64,000 bases of DNA from Methanotrichaceae archaeon (GCA_963803145.1 CAWDLW010000015.1:32001-96000); one strand, 5' to 3'; positions 38,111-49,369 are shown, numbered from the stretch's first letter. Program-made: numbers and translations. The notes: a model not told the origin generated them from the sequence alone.

Positions 38111-39070
38111 TCAAGATCTTCCCTCAAGGGCATCGATAATAGCCTTTGCAAAGTTCTCTGATGCATCAGGGCCATCGCCGGTGATTATGTTTCCATCTTT
38201 GACAACGGATCCCTCTACTACAATCGCACCCTTGGATGCGAGGTGGTCCGTTTCCTCTGCCGTTGCCCTCTTGCCACAAAGAAGTCCTGCATCTGCCAGT
38301 ATCCAAGGGCCAAGGCATATCGCCCCTATAAGCTTGTTCTGGGCGCCCGCGGCCTTTGCCAAATTGATGTAATCCTTATCCTCGTTTAGATTTAGGTCTA
38401 ATATACCGTCTCCACCTACAAAGACGATCGCAGAGTAATCGGATACTTTGACATCCTTCAGATCAAAATCAATAGGAGTTGTCTCGCCGCCCATGCTGGT
38501 AGCAGTTCTTACACCTTTGGATGCCACAAAGACTGCATATCCATTGCTTCTAAAGTAATCTCTTGGTATATTCAGCTCCTTCTCCTGATACTCCTTCGGT
38601 GCCACGACCATCAGTATTTTGCCCTTCATAGCCAAATTATTCAGCTGGTTGCTTGCCTGGCTGTTTGTCTTACTGGTCTCGATGTTTGCCGATTGAAGGC
38701 TAGTTTCCGCGCCATTAACGGTTGGCTCTCCGTTCGTGTTTTCGTTTGACCGGTTACCCATCATGTTGCCGGTCGGATACGATCCCTGGTAGGATCCGCT
38801 AGGTATGTTGGAGTTTATTGAGCTATAGCTCTGAGGATAGAGGGTTCCTGCTTGGCAAGGAACTGGGATAAAGTTCCCTGCATAAGCTGAACCGCAGACA
38901 GGGCAGAGAGTATAGGGATTTGTGCTTGCAGCCTCGTATGCAGTAACTTTGAAGATTGTGCCGCACACAGGACATTGATAGCAATAGTAGCCAGTATCAT
39001 ACTGAGCGGCTGCAGGAAGATGTATTATTAAGAGCAGGATTACGATGGATATTATGGATAAAGCCTTCAT
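38111..39070 (-). CDS. Secreted zinc-ribbon + DJ-1/PfpI domain protein
   Basis: Signal peptide, CPVCG x2, Ser/Asn linker, DJ-1 motifs YQEKEL, FVGG, GAICLGP, DGNIITGDGP. Confidence 0.82.
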   Translation of the reverse strand: MKALSIISIVILLLIIHLPAAAQYDTGYYCYQCPVCGTIFKVTAYEAASTNPYTLCPVCGSAYAGNFIPVPCQAGTLYPQSYSSINSNIPSGSYQGSYPTGNMMGNRSNENTNGEPTVNGAETSLQSANIETSKTNSQASNQLNNLAMKGKILMVVAPKEYQEKELNIPRDYFRSNGYAVFVASKGVRTATSMGGETTPIDFDLKDVKVSDYSAIVFVGGDGILDLNLNEDKDYINLAKAAGAQNKLIGAICLGPWILADAGLLCGKRATAEETDHLASKGAIVVEGSVVKDGNIITGDGPDASENFAKAIIDALEGRS

Positions 39071-39161
39071 GGATAAAGCATCTATGGACCAAGAATAAAC
39101 ATTTTGTGATGTTACGTATCGATAAAAATACTATCAATAAAAAAGTGTTCTCTAAGTATAA

Positions 39162-42092
39162 TCAGCCCTTGCGCCTGCCAAGTGCAACGATGATTAATGC
39201 CGCAAGCGCAGCGACAAAAGTTGGAGCACTGCTCTTTTTGGTTTCAGCCTTTACGGTGATTGCTCCATTGATTACCTTCTCTGGCCGGAAACCTTCAACC
39301 TTTGTTACGTTCAGGCGAGAGGTTGCATTGATGTCTTTTGCCGTAAACATGATGTTGACCAAGTCACAGCCGGATGGCATGATAATGCTGATCTTGCCTG
39401 CGCTTTGGTTGATCAGCGAAGATGTTTTGTAGGGGCCGGTTGTCCCTGTAGCCTTCAATATCGCCGGATCATAGGTGATCTCGATATTCTTACTGCCCAA
39501 GGATGGAACTTTCAAAAGGACTGTGAAATTTTTTCCTGCTGGAACTGTGCCGGAGCCCAAGAAGACCGTTTGGTTAGCGGTGGAATTGGACGGCGCTGCA
39601 GTCACATTGAAGTATATGCCCGAGACCGTGAGCGCATTGACAGCATTCTGGACTCTAGCCCTAAGCTCATACCTGCCCGGGGATGCACCGACGCGAATAG
39701 CATGAGGTTCGAGTGCTTGAATTGGCCCTGTAAGTGTATGGTTGGAGCCGCTCAGCCTGGTGGTTCCATTTATCACATCGAATAGCTTTAGAATGCTGCT
39801 TCCGGGCTCAATCTTAATGAACTCGCTGCGAGATTCTTTATTGGCAAGCATCTCAGAGTAGCTCAGGGATGAGTTGGTTATTTTATAACCTGTTGAAGAT
39901 AGGTAATATATGGTATTTCTATCAGCGATGCTGGCAATCCTTCCTGAGCTATCGAATATGGCACTAACCTGCAAAGGCGCGCTTGACTGGTTGATAAAGA
40001 GTTCTCCTGGCATTGGTCCATTGATATCCATTATTGTGCTGCCGTCGTCACTCATTTTTAGGACTGTGGCATTCCAGGTCCAGAAACAGCCCCAGAGGTC
40101 CCCAGAGCCCTGACTAATATCCTGACCAATGTCGGTTAGATCCCTGAAATTAACCGTTCTGCTGGATGGATCCTCTATCTCGGCAATCACTTGTACTATC
40201 GCTCCGGCCTGAACAATCATGCTGAAGTTGGCTTGTCCTCCGGACGGCACATTCGGGGTATAGCTGATATCTCTTGCCATCTTTGGTGCTGGCACAACAT
40301 ACTGCAAAGCGTAGGGGTAATACCTAAGGGTATCATTATCTGCACTCCTGATGTACATTCCAGGCCAGAGATAGGCAGATGTATTACGGCTTAGGGTTAT
40401 GCTATCATCCAGGTTTGCCATTGCTATATATCCAGGAGGAGAAGGCAGTATCACAAGATCGCCGAACTTCCTGCCGAAATCTACAGGAAGATAATTTTTT
40501 TCTGATATCTGGAATACGCCATTGACCATGATAGTTTCATTCTTGCCATCGGTAAAGACATTCTGAACATGCACTGCGATTATCGGCAGATCATTCACAT
40601 TAGCGACGTTCTCCTTATAAATGTAGGTTGAGTTGGCTTTCAGGATAGCAGTTTCTACCAGCAAGCCATTCTTGAACAGTGCCACAGCAGCTTTATCCTC
40701 ATTTACAGATACAAGGCTGAACACATAACCTTCGCCCAGAGTCAAGGCTCTGCCAGCGTTAAGAGGTATGTTTTGATCTGAATCCTGGATAATCTGAATA
40801 ACTCTATACTGTTGTATTGTACTTACATTTCCGATCTCACTGCTAGTCCCTAACTCATATCCGGCAAACCAGGGAAGGCCAAGGAATCCGATTACATAAT
40901 AGTCCCCCCACGGCTTGAACTTGAACGGGCTCTGCTCTACGATTGTAGTATATTGCAGTCCGCCCGATATGCCATAGAAGGTATTATTTCTGATGACCGG
41001 CACTGCCAGGCCGATGGTATTGTCTGAAAGCTTCCCGACGGTCAGCGTTTCTCTTCCCAGGGTATCTTCAGGATCGAAAAAGAAACCCGTGAAGTTAGCA
41101 GAGTTCCATCTTGCACTGAAATTACCTACGACGGCTCCTGAAGAACTATGTAAGGGAATAGTCGAATTGCCAGTGAAGACTGGCCCCCGTATCTCTTGAA
41201 CGCCGTAGTCGGATATGCTCCCCTGAGGGTAGTAGATCAAATTAGGCTGGTCCAGCACTACCAGCTCCAGACCATCTAGCAGAGGAACGGTACTGTCTTG
41301 AGTCAGAGTTAGATCTCTGTTATTCCTAAACTCTATGAGATTCTCGGAAAGATCTGTCAGCTCCATATTTCCAAGCTTTATGCCATCTGAGAGCTTGATG
41401 ACCGGGGCATCGCTTACCTCGAATATCCCATCAATTTCCACAACGCCGATGCCGTTTCCGCCTATAACCTTGTCTAAGTGTACAAGGATTATCGGGATAT
41501 TTTGGATCTTAAAGACGTATGTATCTCCGCTGCTGACTGCTGCCATATGTACAGGCTTTCCGTTCTTAAAGAGCACGAGGTTTGCCGCATTGCCATCCTC
41601 GGAAATCTCCCTCAAAGCCAGTACATAACCATTTTGCAAAGGCATAGAGCTGTTATAGCTTAAGGTGTGAACGTCATTGCTGTCAATGAGGATTTCTCTT
41701 AGTTCGCCCTTTCCAAGAGGGCTGACCTCATCCGTTAGGGAGCTGGCAGGATAGCTTGCAAGATACGGCTTGCCCAAAAATGCAATACCGTTATAGCTGC
41801 CCCATGGATTATACTTGAACTCTCTAGACCAGATATGGCTTGAGTAGATGATATGTCCTTCCTCTGCCAGTCTTCCGTTTGTATCTACAGAAAGCTGCTC
41901 ACCCCCAACGCCGTTATCAAGATCGTAGTAAAACCAGCCAAAGTCCTCAGCCTTCCAGATGCCATTGCCTTCACTGAACTGGCCTCGAACTAAGGCGGTC
42001 TCCACTGGCTGCTGGGCTATGGAGTTGCCAAATAGAATTAAAATCAAGCTTAAAGCTAAAAGACCTGAGCGAAAATATATCCCGAAATTCAT
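39162..42092 (-). CDS. S-layer domain protein (Methanosarcinales-type repeats) with C-terminal cohesin-like domain and membrane anchor
   Basis: W...FGWFYYDLD..G.E and W...FTGFFFD...G.E repeats, IEITYDPAIL, C-terminal PTF + hydrophobic stretch + RRK. Confidence 0.8.
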   Translation of the reverse strand: MNFGIYFRSGLLALSLILILFGNSIAQQPVETALVRGQFSEGNGIWKAEDFGWFYYDLDNGVGGEQLSVDTNGRLAEEGHIIYSSHIWSREFKYNPWGSYNGIAFLGKPYLASYPASSLTDEVSPLGKGELREILIDSNDVHTLSYNSSMPLQNGYVLALREISEDGNAANLVLFKNGKPVHMAAVSSGDTYVFKIQNIPIILVHLDKVIGGNGIGVVEIDGIFEVSDAPVIKLSDGIKLGNMELTDLSENLIEFRNNRDLTLTQDSTVPLLDGLELVVLDQPNLIYYPQGSISDYGVQEIRGPVFTGNSTIPLHSSSGAVVGNFSARWNSANFTGFFFDPEDTLGRETLTVGKLSDNTIGLAVPVIRNNTFYGISGGLQYTTIVEQSPFKFKPWGDYYVIGFLGLPWFAGYELGTSSEIGNVSTIQQYRVIQIIQDSDQNIPLNAGRALTLGEGYVFSLVSVNEDKAAVALFKNGLLVETAILKANSTYIYKENVANVNDLPIIAVHVQNVFTDGKNETIMVNGVFQISEKNYLPVDFGRKFGDLVILPSPPGYIAMANLDDSITLSRNTSAYLWPGMYIRSADNDTLRYYPYALQYVVPAPKMARDISYTPNVPSGGQANFSMIVQAGAIVQVIAEIEDPSSRTVNFRDLTDIGQDISQGSGDLWGCFWTWNATVLKMSDDGSTIMDINGPMPGELFINQSSAPLQVSAIFDSSGRIASIADRNTIYYLSSTGYKITNSSLSYSEMLANKESRSEFIKIEPGSSILKLFDVINGTTRLSGSNHTLTGPIQALEPHAIRVGASPGRYELRARVQNAVNALTVSGIYFNVTAAPSNSTANQTVFLGSGTVPAGKNFTVLLKVPSLGSKNIEITYDPAILKATGTTGPYKTSSLINQSAGKISIIMPSGCDLVNIMFTAKDINATSRLNVTKVEGFRPEKVINGAITVKAETKKSSAPTFVAALAALIIVALGRRKG

Positions 42093-42220
42093 GCCTTGCT
42101 CTCCATAGGGTATCCTGAACTCTTTATCCCTGAACTATTCTTTGAACTTCTTTCCCTTTGATGCTGGCAGAGATAACCTGTATATTCTATGGGCGATCTT
42201 AACATCTCCGGAGTCAAGTG

Positions 42221-43015
42221 ATGTCACCTGTTAAACACGTTGCGATATATGGCAAAGGCGGGATAGGCAAGTCATGTACCGCCTCAAACATTGCAGCCGC
42301 CTGCGCTGAAGATGGGAAGAGAGTTCTGATGATCGGCTGTGATCCCAAGAGCGATTCGACCATAACCCTCGTTGGCAGGAGGATACCTACCATGATGGAT
42401 CTCATCCAGCGCGGCGGTGAGATTGAAGAGATAGATGTAGTGTTCAATGGATATAAGGGCGTAAGGTGCATTGAGGTCGGCGGGCCCGAGCCCGGAGTGG
42501 GCTGCGCAGGCCGTGGGATTATAGTAGCGATCGATTTCTTGCGCAAAGTTTCCAAGGCGATGGATGAGGTCGATCTAGTGCTGTATGATGTTCCGGGAGA
42601 TATCGTCTGTGGCGGATTTTCAGCGCCCATCAGAAAGGGGCTCGTAAGCCAGGCGTATATCATTACATCAGGAGAATATATGCCGCTTTATGCAGGCAAT
42701 AATATCTGTCGTGGACTCAAGCGTCTCGCAACTCCTCTGGCGGGAGTAATCTGCAACTCACGAGAGGCAACGGGTGAGCGCGAGATAGCGGAGAACTTCG
42801 CAAAAGAGCTTGGGAGCAGACTCGTTGCCTTCATACCCAAGGTTCCCCTTGTCCAGAAGTGCGAGCGCAGGGGTGTAACCGTTATTGAAGGCGCGCCGGA
42901 TTCTGAGATCGCCCAGGTCTACCGCGCCCTGGCAAAAGAGGTCATGTCCGACTTCAAGGGAAGGATTCCGGAGCCGCTAAGTGATGATAGGCTCAGGGAG
43001 CTGTCTACGATATGA
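42221..43015 (+). CDS. cfbC: Ni-sirohydrochlorin a,c-diamide reductive cyclase, NifH-like ATPase subunit
   Basis: [33 protein letters not shown]; adjacent to cfbB and no nif genes nearby. Confidence 0.85.
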   Translation: MSPVKHVAIYGKGGIGKSCTASNIAAACAEDGKRVLMIGCDPKSDSTITLVGRRIPTMMDLIQRGGEIEEIDVVFNGYKGVRCIEVGGPEPGVGCAGRGIIVAIDFLRKVSKAMDEVDLVLYDVPGDIVCGGFSAPIRKGLVSQAYIITSGEYMPLYAGNNICRGLKRLATPLAGVICNSREATGEREIAENFAKELGSRLVAFIPKVPLVQKCERRGVTVIEGAPDSEIAQVYRALAKEVMSDFKGRIPEPLSDDRLRELSTI

Positions 43016-44400
43016 CTGAAGCACGAGTCCTTCTGGCAGGAGATAGAAGCTCGAGCGGCAAGACAACGATAGTCGCAGGCTTGCTCTCAGCACTTTCCCG
43101 CCGAGGGCTGAAGGTGCAGCCGTTTAAGGTTGCGATGGACTACATAGATCCCAGCTACCATACGTGGATAACAGGCAGATACTGCCGTAACCTCGACGGC
43201 TATCTGATGCCTGAGAGAAATATACGTGAGATCTATTCTCATGCATCTGTTGGCGTCGACATATCCGTTATTGAGGGCGTTCGAGGGCTGTACGAGGGCT
43301 ATGATGGAGATCTTGGCAGCACAGCCCAGATAGCAAAGATGCTCCAAATCCCTGTGATATTTGTTGTGGATTCAAGGAGCATAACACGGAGCGCAGCCGC
43401 ACTTGTCAAAGGCTACATGGATTTCGATCCCGATGTCAAGATAAAAGGCGTCATACTCAACAAGGTCGGCAGTGAGAGGCATGCTCAAAAAGCGCGAAAA
43501 GAGATCGAGCGTTATGCTGGCGTTGAGGTAGTGGGCGAGATTCCCAGAGACGACTCAATGCACCTAGCTATGCGGCACCTCGGCCTGGTGCCCGTCCTTG
43601 AAGGCAAAACGAGGCATGATGGTTTTGTGGAGCGACTGGATAAGATACGTCGGATCGTAGAGGATGGACTGGATATAGATAGAATCATCGAGATAGCGAG
43701 CGATGCCGAGCCGCTGCAGGGTGCTGATCAAGATGCTGATCAAGATCTTTACAAGCCTAACTCCTTGGGAAAGGGACTGAAGATCGGAGTTGCACTCGAT
43801 GAGGCATTCAACTTCTACTATCGCGATAACATCGAGCTAATGGAGCTCTCAGGGGCTGCAGTCGTACCTTTCAGCCCTGTTCGGGATTCAAGCCTGCCAG
43901 ATGTGGATGGCATCTATATCGGGGGCGGCTATCCGGAGCTTTATGCAAAGGAGCTATCAGAGAACGCAAAAATGAGGCAATCTGTTATCCAAGCGCATGA
44001 GGAAGGGCTTCCAATCTATGCTGAATGCGGCGGTCTAATGTACCTTGCAAGGGCGATCGAGTGGGAAAATGAGAGCCACGAGATGGTCGGCCTTGTTCCT
44101 GGAAATGCAAGAAAGGGAACAATCCGTGTGGTAAGCTATGTGAGCGGCAGCATTGTGCGTGATTGTGCGCTTGGTCAAGCGGGAACGCATTTTTTAGGAC
44201 ACGAGTTCCACCATTCAGAGATGGTAATGGATGAGGATGTTGAGTATGCTGTGAAGCTTGATCGAGGCACAGGGATAAAAGATGGCCTCGACGGCGTCAT
44301 CGATGGAAACATGATCGCGAGCTACGCCCATATTCATAGCGCATCCTACAAAGGATTTCCATCAGAGTTCATCAAGGCCTGCAAAAAACGGAAGGTCTAA
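43012..44400 (+). CDS. cfbB: Ni-sirohydrochlorin a,c-diamide synthase (CbiA/CobB family)
   Basis: [43 protein letters not shown]. Confidence 0.85.
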   Translation: MTEARVLLAGDRSSSGKTTIVAGLLSALSRRGLKVQPFKVAMDYIDPSYHTWITGRYCRNLDGYLMPERNIREIYSHASVGVDISVIEGVRGLYEGYDGDLGSTAQIAKMLQIPVIFVVDSRSITRSAAALVKGYMDFDPDVKIKGVILNKVGSERHAQKARKEIERYAGVEVVGEIPRDDSMHLAMRHLGLVPVLEGKTRHDGFVERLDKIRRIVEDGLDIDRIIEIASDAEPLQGADQDADQDLYKPNSLGKGLKIGVALDEAFNFYYRDNIELMELSGAAVVPFSPVRDSSLPDVDGIYIGGGYPELYAKELSENAKMRQSVIQAHEEGLPIYAECGGLMYLARAIEWENESHEMVGLVPGNARKGTIRVVSYVSGSIVRDCALGQAGTHFLGHEFHHSEMVMDEDVEYAVKLDRGTGIKDGLDGVIDGNMIASYAHIHSASYKGFPSEFIKACKKRKV

Positions 44401-44436
44401 ATAAATTGCGACTTCATAAGCAAAAGGTGATGTAAA

Positions 44437-44841
44437 ATGGTGAAGATGCCACCCGAAGTAAGACAAACTCTGGAGAAGCAAAAGCCCGTGCCGTTGGCCA
44501 CATCAAGCAAGGCAGGAGTTCCGAATGTAGTATTCATAGGAGCCATGAAGATATTGGACGACGAGACAATATTGATCGCGGACAACTTCTTCTATAAGAC
44601 GGCAGCCAACCTGAAGGAGAACCCGCAAGTATCTCTTCTCTGCTACAGCTCTGAAACCAAGAAGTCCTTCCAGATCAAGGGCAGGGCAGAAGTCCACATG
44701 AAGGACAAGGTCCATGACGACATGATCCAATGGGTTCATGGGATCAATAACAAGCTTCCTGCCAAAGCTGCTGTGATCGTGAAGATCGAGGAGATCTACA
44801 ATGCGATGTGGGGACCGGCGGCGGGGAAACAGGTAGCCTGA
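44437..44841 (+). CDS. Pyridoxamine 5'-phosphate oxidase-like FMN-binding protein
   Basis: LATSSKAGVPNV, ADNFFYKTAANLKENP, FQIKG. Confidence 0.88.
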   Translation: MVKMPPEVRQTLEKQKPVPLATSSKAGVPNVVFIGAMKILDDETILIADNFFYKTAANLKENPQVSLLCYSSETKKSFQIKGRAEVHMKDKVHDDMIQWVHGINNKLPAKAAVIVKIEEIYNAMWGPAAGKQVA

Positions 44842-44953
44842 TTTAGATCAATCGATTCCCTGCAATAGGTACGAAAGATCAAATTATGCAGGGAGATATA
44901 TTTTTCTTGGTTGAATGAGGTTTAGGGCGAGATTATACAGACTTGTGATAGCA

Positions 44954-45283
44954 ATGGTGAATTACAAAAGACAACACTTTGTTCCTAAATTTTACTTGAA
45001 GTATTTTTCGAGTAATGGACTAATACAAATATACAACACGAAGTCAAAGCAATTTCATGAATTACCTTATGGCTCTGTTTGTGCAAAAGATTATTTTTAT
45101 TCTAAAATTCCAGAAACCGAAAGAAGCTTCTCTCAACTGGAAAGTGAGTGGAATAGGATACTAAGTATTATTATACATGATGCCGATTTAAATAAATTGA
45201 CAAATCAAGATTATACTCTTTTGCTTTTCTTCATAACATTTCAGAACTCGAGAACGAAAAGAGGAAAGATGGAGGTGCGTTAA
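44954..45283 (+). pseudogene. Truncated DUF4238-like gene (AT-rich)
   Basis: KRQHFVPKFYLKYF, C.KDYFY, Q.SRT; ends just after this motif at a junction with an opposite-strand fragment. Confidence 0.7.
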
Positions 45284-45455
45284 TATCACCGTATCAATAT
45301 CATGCATGCTTACTCCCGCTTCAGTAAGACGCAACAGTGTGCCTGCTCCGCAATCGAAAAGCAGCTTTTGTTCGTCCTCTATAAGCAGTGAAGATTGCGA
45401 CCGACCAGGCTGCGGGTATACCCACGCCAGTTCCCAGGAGAGTGACCTTGAGCAT
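45266..45455 (-). pseudogene. Frameshifted and truncated MBL-fold (RNase Z-like) hydrolase fragment
   Basis: MLKVTLLGTGVGIP, one extra base, then QPGRSQSSLLIEDEQKLLFDCGAGTLLRL...VILTHLHL, cut inside the HxHxDH motif. Confidence 0.8.
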
Positions 45456-45646
45456 ACGTAATGATATTGTTCGTAATAAATAATAGCATATCGACGAGCG
45501 TTTCAGAATATGTGATAAAGATCAATTAAAATTATGCAAAGACATCTTAGTGACTCTTTTGGTGGCCGGGGGTGGGTTTAAGTAGCTTTAGATGGACTCT
45601 TCCGGCAGGATCAATCGAGAAATTTCAACTTATTTCGGGTGAGAGA

Positions 45647-46903
45647 TTGCAAGAAAGCGTAGTGAAGGATATCAAGCTTGCCGATGAGGGGGAAAAGCGC
45701 ATAGAATGGGCAAGGAGACATATGCCTGTTCTCCAGTCCATCAAGGAGGAGTTCGAGGGGACAAAGCCCCTTAAGGGTGCAAAGATTGTGGCTTGTCTTC
45801 ACGTTACAGTCGAGACTGCCAACCTGATAACAGCCCTTGTAGCTGGTGGGGCCGAGGTAGCTGTCACAGGTTCAAATCCGCTCTCAACACAGGATGATGT
45901 TGCTGCTGCCCTGGCGGCGCGCGGTCTGCACGTCTACGCCTTCAGAGGCGAGAACGAAAAGGAATACTATGAATGTATCAAGAAGGCGCTTGAGCTTAAG
46001 CCGAATGTAACTTTGGATGATGGGGCAGATACCATCGCCATAGTCCATAAGGAATACCCTGAGCTTGCAAAGCAGATGTTCGGAGGCTGCGAGGAGACTA
46101 CTACAGGCGTAGTTCGCCTAAGGGCCATGGCTGATGATGGCGCATTGCTTTATCCGGTAATTGCGGTTAACGACGCCGAGACAAAAATGATGTTTGATAA
46201 CCGCTATGGCACAGGCCAGAGCACATTACATGGGATAATGAATGCAACCAACTTCCTTTTCGCCGGAAAGACAGTGGTGGTTGTGGGCTATGGCTGGTGC
46301 GGACGTGGCTTCGCTATGCGGGCTCGCGGTTTAGGCGCAAACATAATTGTTGTAGAGATCGAGCCTCGAAAGGCTCTTGAGGCGGCCATGGACGGCTATC
46401 GTGTCATGCCAATGATCGAGGCTGCGCCATTGGGAGATCTCTTTGTCACGCTCACAGGCGATATAAATGTGATAAGAAGAGAACACTTCGAGCTGATGAA
46501 GGACCAGGTGATCCTCGCTAACAGCGGCCACTTCAATGTCGAGATCGACATACCTGCCCTCGAAAAGATGGCCTCCGCAGAGACAGAGGTCAAGGAGAAC
46601 ATAAAAGAGTATAGGCTGCTGGATGGGCGTAGACTGTACCTTCTGGCAGAGGGCCGCCTCATCAATCTCGCAGCAGCATTCGGCCATCCCCCAGAGGTCA
46701 TGGATATGTCCTTCGCGAATCAGGCCCTGGCTGTGAAGTACATTGTGGAGAATGGGCGGAAGCTTGAGAGATGCGTCTATAAAGTGCCTGTTGAGATCGA
46801 TCGACGGGTAGCAGAGCTAAAGCTCGCCTCTATGGGACTGAGAACTGAAAAGCTCACGCCTGAGCAGTATAAATACCTACATAGCTGGCAGATGGGAACT
46901 TGA
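45647..46903 (+). CDS. ahcY: Adenosylhomocysteinase
   Basis: [51 protein letters not shown]. Confidence 0.96.
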   Translation: MQESVVKDIKLADEGEKRIEWARRHMPVLQSIKEEFEGTKPLKGAKIVACLHVTVETANLITALVAGGAEVAVTGSNPLSTQDDVAAALAARGLHVYAFRGENEKEYYECIKKALELKPNVTLDDGADTIAIVHKEYPELAKQMFGGCEETTTGVVRLRAMADDGALLYPVIAVNDAETKMMFDNRYGTGQSTLHGIMNATNFLFAGKTVVVVGYGWCGRGFAMRARGLGANIIVVEIEPRKALEAAMDGYRVMPMIEAAPLGDLFVTLTGDINVIRREHFELMKDQVILANSGHFNVEIDIPALEKMASAETEVKENIKEYRLLDGRRLYLLAEGRLINLAAAFGHPPEVMDMSFANQALAVKYIVENGRKLERCVYKVPVEIDRRVAELKLASMGLRTEKLTPEQYKYLHSWQMGT

Positions 46904-46913
46904 GGTGTAGATC

Positions 46914-48002
46914 TTGGACCTAAAAAGGGAGAGCGTTGAAGCATACTTGCGCAGTTTCTTCAATGATAAGGATATCAAGCTAGTAAGCATGCTCAGGATG
47001 GGCGAGACAATTCCCACTGCGGATGATGTCAAAGGATTCGGCTATGGGGCCCCACTGCTTCTGGAGTACCTGAGCGATGGAGAGAAAGGCTCCGCAGTGC
47101 TTTCCACAATGAGAGTACAGCACGGCTTCGGCCATGATCACTTCTCCGATAGGGCAAGGATTCTCATCTGGCAGAATGCAGCGTTCAACAAGCTTCCAAA
47201 GCATGTGGAGTCCCTTGATGTCGGATACTTTACCGAGGAAGGAAATCTCATATCAGCGGGCGCTGCCAGGGAATACTTCCTGATGATGAAGAGGATTGAG
47301 GGAAGTGAGTACTTCTATGATCTCGACAGGGTGAAGGATCGTGGTGCGAACGATCTCGATTATGACAGGGTGATCGCGTTAACAAATTATCTGGCAGAGA
47401 TCCATTCTACCAAGAGAGATTGTCCTCCTCTTTACCTGCGCAAGATACGTGAGACTGTAGGGGATGGTGAATGCATCTTCGGCATCTTGGATGATTATCC
47501 GGATAACCCCACGTTTCTTGATCCAGGAGAGCTTTGCGATATTGAAAAGCTCTGTGTAGAATGGCGCTGGAGGCTTCGGGAGAAGGTTAACAGATTATGC
47601 CAGGTACATGGCGATTTCCATCCTTGGAATGTGATGTTCAGGGATGGGGCAGACTTTACGGTTTTAGATCGCAGCAGGGGCGAGTGGGGAGAGGCTGCAG
47701 ATGATATCACTGCTATGGCTATGAACTACATCTTCTACTCCGTTCAGAAAAGCCTCAGACTTTCGGGCGATCTAAAGGACCTCTTTGAGCTGTTCTTCGA
47801 AAACTACATCGATAAGAGTGGCGATGAGGAGCTTCTAGAAGTTGTTGCGCCCTTCTTCGCATTCAGGGCGCTGGTCGTGGCAAGCCCAACATGGTATCCC
47901 TTAATTTCAGATGATGTTAGGAGATCGATTTTCAATTTCCTGGAGAATGTCTTGGGTTCTAAAAAGTTCAACTATAGAGATGTAAACAGCTACCTGGCAT
48001 GA
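46914..48002 (+). CDS. Aminoglycoside phosphotransferase (APH)/kinase-like protein
   Basis: HGDFHPWNV and LDRS motifs. Confidence 0.82.
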   Translation: MDLKRESVEAYLRSFFNDKDIKLVSMLRMGETIPTADDVKGFGYGAPLLLEYLSDGEKGSAVLSTMRVQHGFGHDHFSDRARILIWQNAAFNKLPKHVESLDVGYFTEEGNLISAGAAREYFLMMKRIEGSEYFYDLDRVKDRGANDLDYDRVIALTNYLAEIHSTKRDCPPLYLRKIRETVGDGECIFGILDDYPDNPTFLDPGELCDIEKLCVEWRWRLREKVNRLCQVHGDFHPWNVMFRDGADFTVLDRSRGEWGEAADDITAMAMNYIFYSVQKSLRLSGDLKDLFELFFENYIDKSGDEELLEVVAPFFAFRALVVASPTWYPLISDDVRRSIFNFLENVLGSKKFNYRDVNSYLA

Positions 48003-48997
48003 AGCTCTATGCCTTCCACCTTTCAGGAGAGCATGAGACCATACCCAGAAGCGAAGCATTAGCACTTCTGGAGATTTGCTCATCGAGGTTCAAGGAGATC
48101 TGCCTCCTCGACCAGTGCCTCCTAGTTGAGGCAGAAGATCTTGATGCCAAGGCACTGGAACTGCGCCTTGGCATGACCCACAGCGTGATCGAGGTTCTGG
48201 CGATCTGCGATGCTGGCCTTGGTCCCCTGGCAGAGGCAGTAAAAGACGTAGAACTTCCAAGAAAACCCTATAGAATCAGGGCTAAGAGAATCAAGCATTC
48301 TGATCTCAAGGCTGACCAAGTCGAACATGAGGTAGGCAAATGGCTTCTCAGGAGGGGCTATAGGGCTGACCTCAAGAATCCTGAGGTCGACCTGAAGGCA
48401 CTGATAACTGAAGAAAAAATCATTTTTGGCATAGAGATTGCACGCCCTGATAGAAGCGGCTTTGAGTATAGACGGCCGCATCTTAAGCCCTTTTTCCATC
48501 CAGGAGTGCTTATGCCCAGGATTGCTCGCGCTCTTGTCAATATCACCCAGGTGCGACCAGGAGAGCGCTTACTTGATCCTTTCGCAGGCACATGTGGTAT
48601 TCTAGTCGAGGCATGCCTTATCGGAATACCATGTGTTGGAGTAGATGTTCAAAGATCGCTTATTCGCGGAGCTTCCGCAAACATCAGCGGTCTGAATTGC
48701 GATCTCGTTTTGGGAGATGCAAAACGTCTGCCGCTCCAGGACAATTCAATTGATGCTACAGTGCTTGATATTCCTTATGGCAGATCAGCACTGATCAGAG
48801 CTAAATCTAAGGATGAACTGCTGAAGGAGAGCCTCGCGGAGCTTAATAGAGTTTTGAAGCCCAACAAGAAAATGGCAATTGTAGCAGATAGGCCAATTGA
48901 TGGCTACTTGAAGGATTCAGGCTTCAATGTAATTGAAATACATGAAGAAAGAGTTCATAGAAGCCTTACAAGGCATATATTTATCGGCAGGAAGTAA
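47999..48997 (+). CDS. tRNA (guanine(10)-N2)-methyltransferase Trm11/TrmG10
   Basis: LSGEH, THUMP region, RPH.KPFFHP, LDPFAGTCG, DIPYG. Confidence 0.88.
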   Translation: MKLYAFHLSGEHETIPRSEALALLEICSSRFKEICLLDQCLLVEAEDLDAKALELRLGMTHSVIEVLAICDAGLGPLAEAVKDVELPRKPYRIRAKRIKHSDLKADQVEHEVGKWLLRRGYRADLKNPEVDLKALITEEKIIFGIEIARPDRSGFEYRRPHLKPFFHPGVLMPRIARALVNITQVRPGERLLDPFAGTCGILVEACLIGIPCVGVDVQRSLIRGASANISGLNCDLVLGDAKRLPLQDNSIDATVLDIPYGRSALIRAKSKDELLKESLAELNRVLKPNKKMAIVADRPIDGYLKDSGFNVIEIHEERVHRSLTRHIFIGRK

Positions 48998-49250
48998 AGG
49001 CACACTTAATATCGCCATCAAAATTGCTTTCGTCGCGCAATACTGCCGATGGCCTTAGAGCAAACTGATATCGTTGCCATAGAAAGCATAGCAAGTAGCA
49101 GTTTTGTAAGCAATACAATATTTATAAATTTACCTAGAGATGATCGCAATGTTACTGTCATAGGATATGAATTTAAATATCATTGGTAATTTGCTAAAAT
49201 ATTGAAACATAATAGAAGTAAAGAAATACCTATGATCGGAGGGAAAGTAC

Positions 49251-49352
49251 ATGCATGTACTGAAATCTGCAATCATCCTCTGCCTCTTGGCGCAATTGGT
49301 CTGCCTTGTATCGGCTGCTGATCTAACTCGAACTTGGGTATCTAAAAGATAG
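49251..49352 (+). pseudogene. Orphan signal-peptide ORF (remnant of a secreted protein)
   Basis: GGAGG SD; MHVLKSAIILCLLAQLVCLVSAADLTRTWVSKR then stop. Confidence 0.4.
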
Positions 49353-49369
49353 AATAGAAGGAGATTAAT

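Noticed and set aside
42112-42150. Three TGAACT motifs upstream of the S-layer gene
   Set aside because: Short, irregularly spaced and low complexity; insufficient support.
42221-43015. nifH / nitrogen fixation
   Set aside because: No nifDK or nifI nearby, and it is coupled to a CbiA-like amidase, which fits cfbC of F430 synthesis.
43722-43746. 12-bp tandem duplication in cfbB (ADQD x2)
   Set aside because: In-frame slippage in an interdomain linker; unlikely to be functional.
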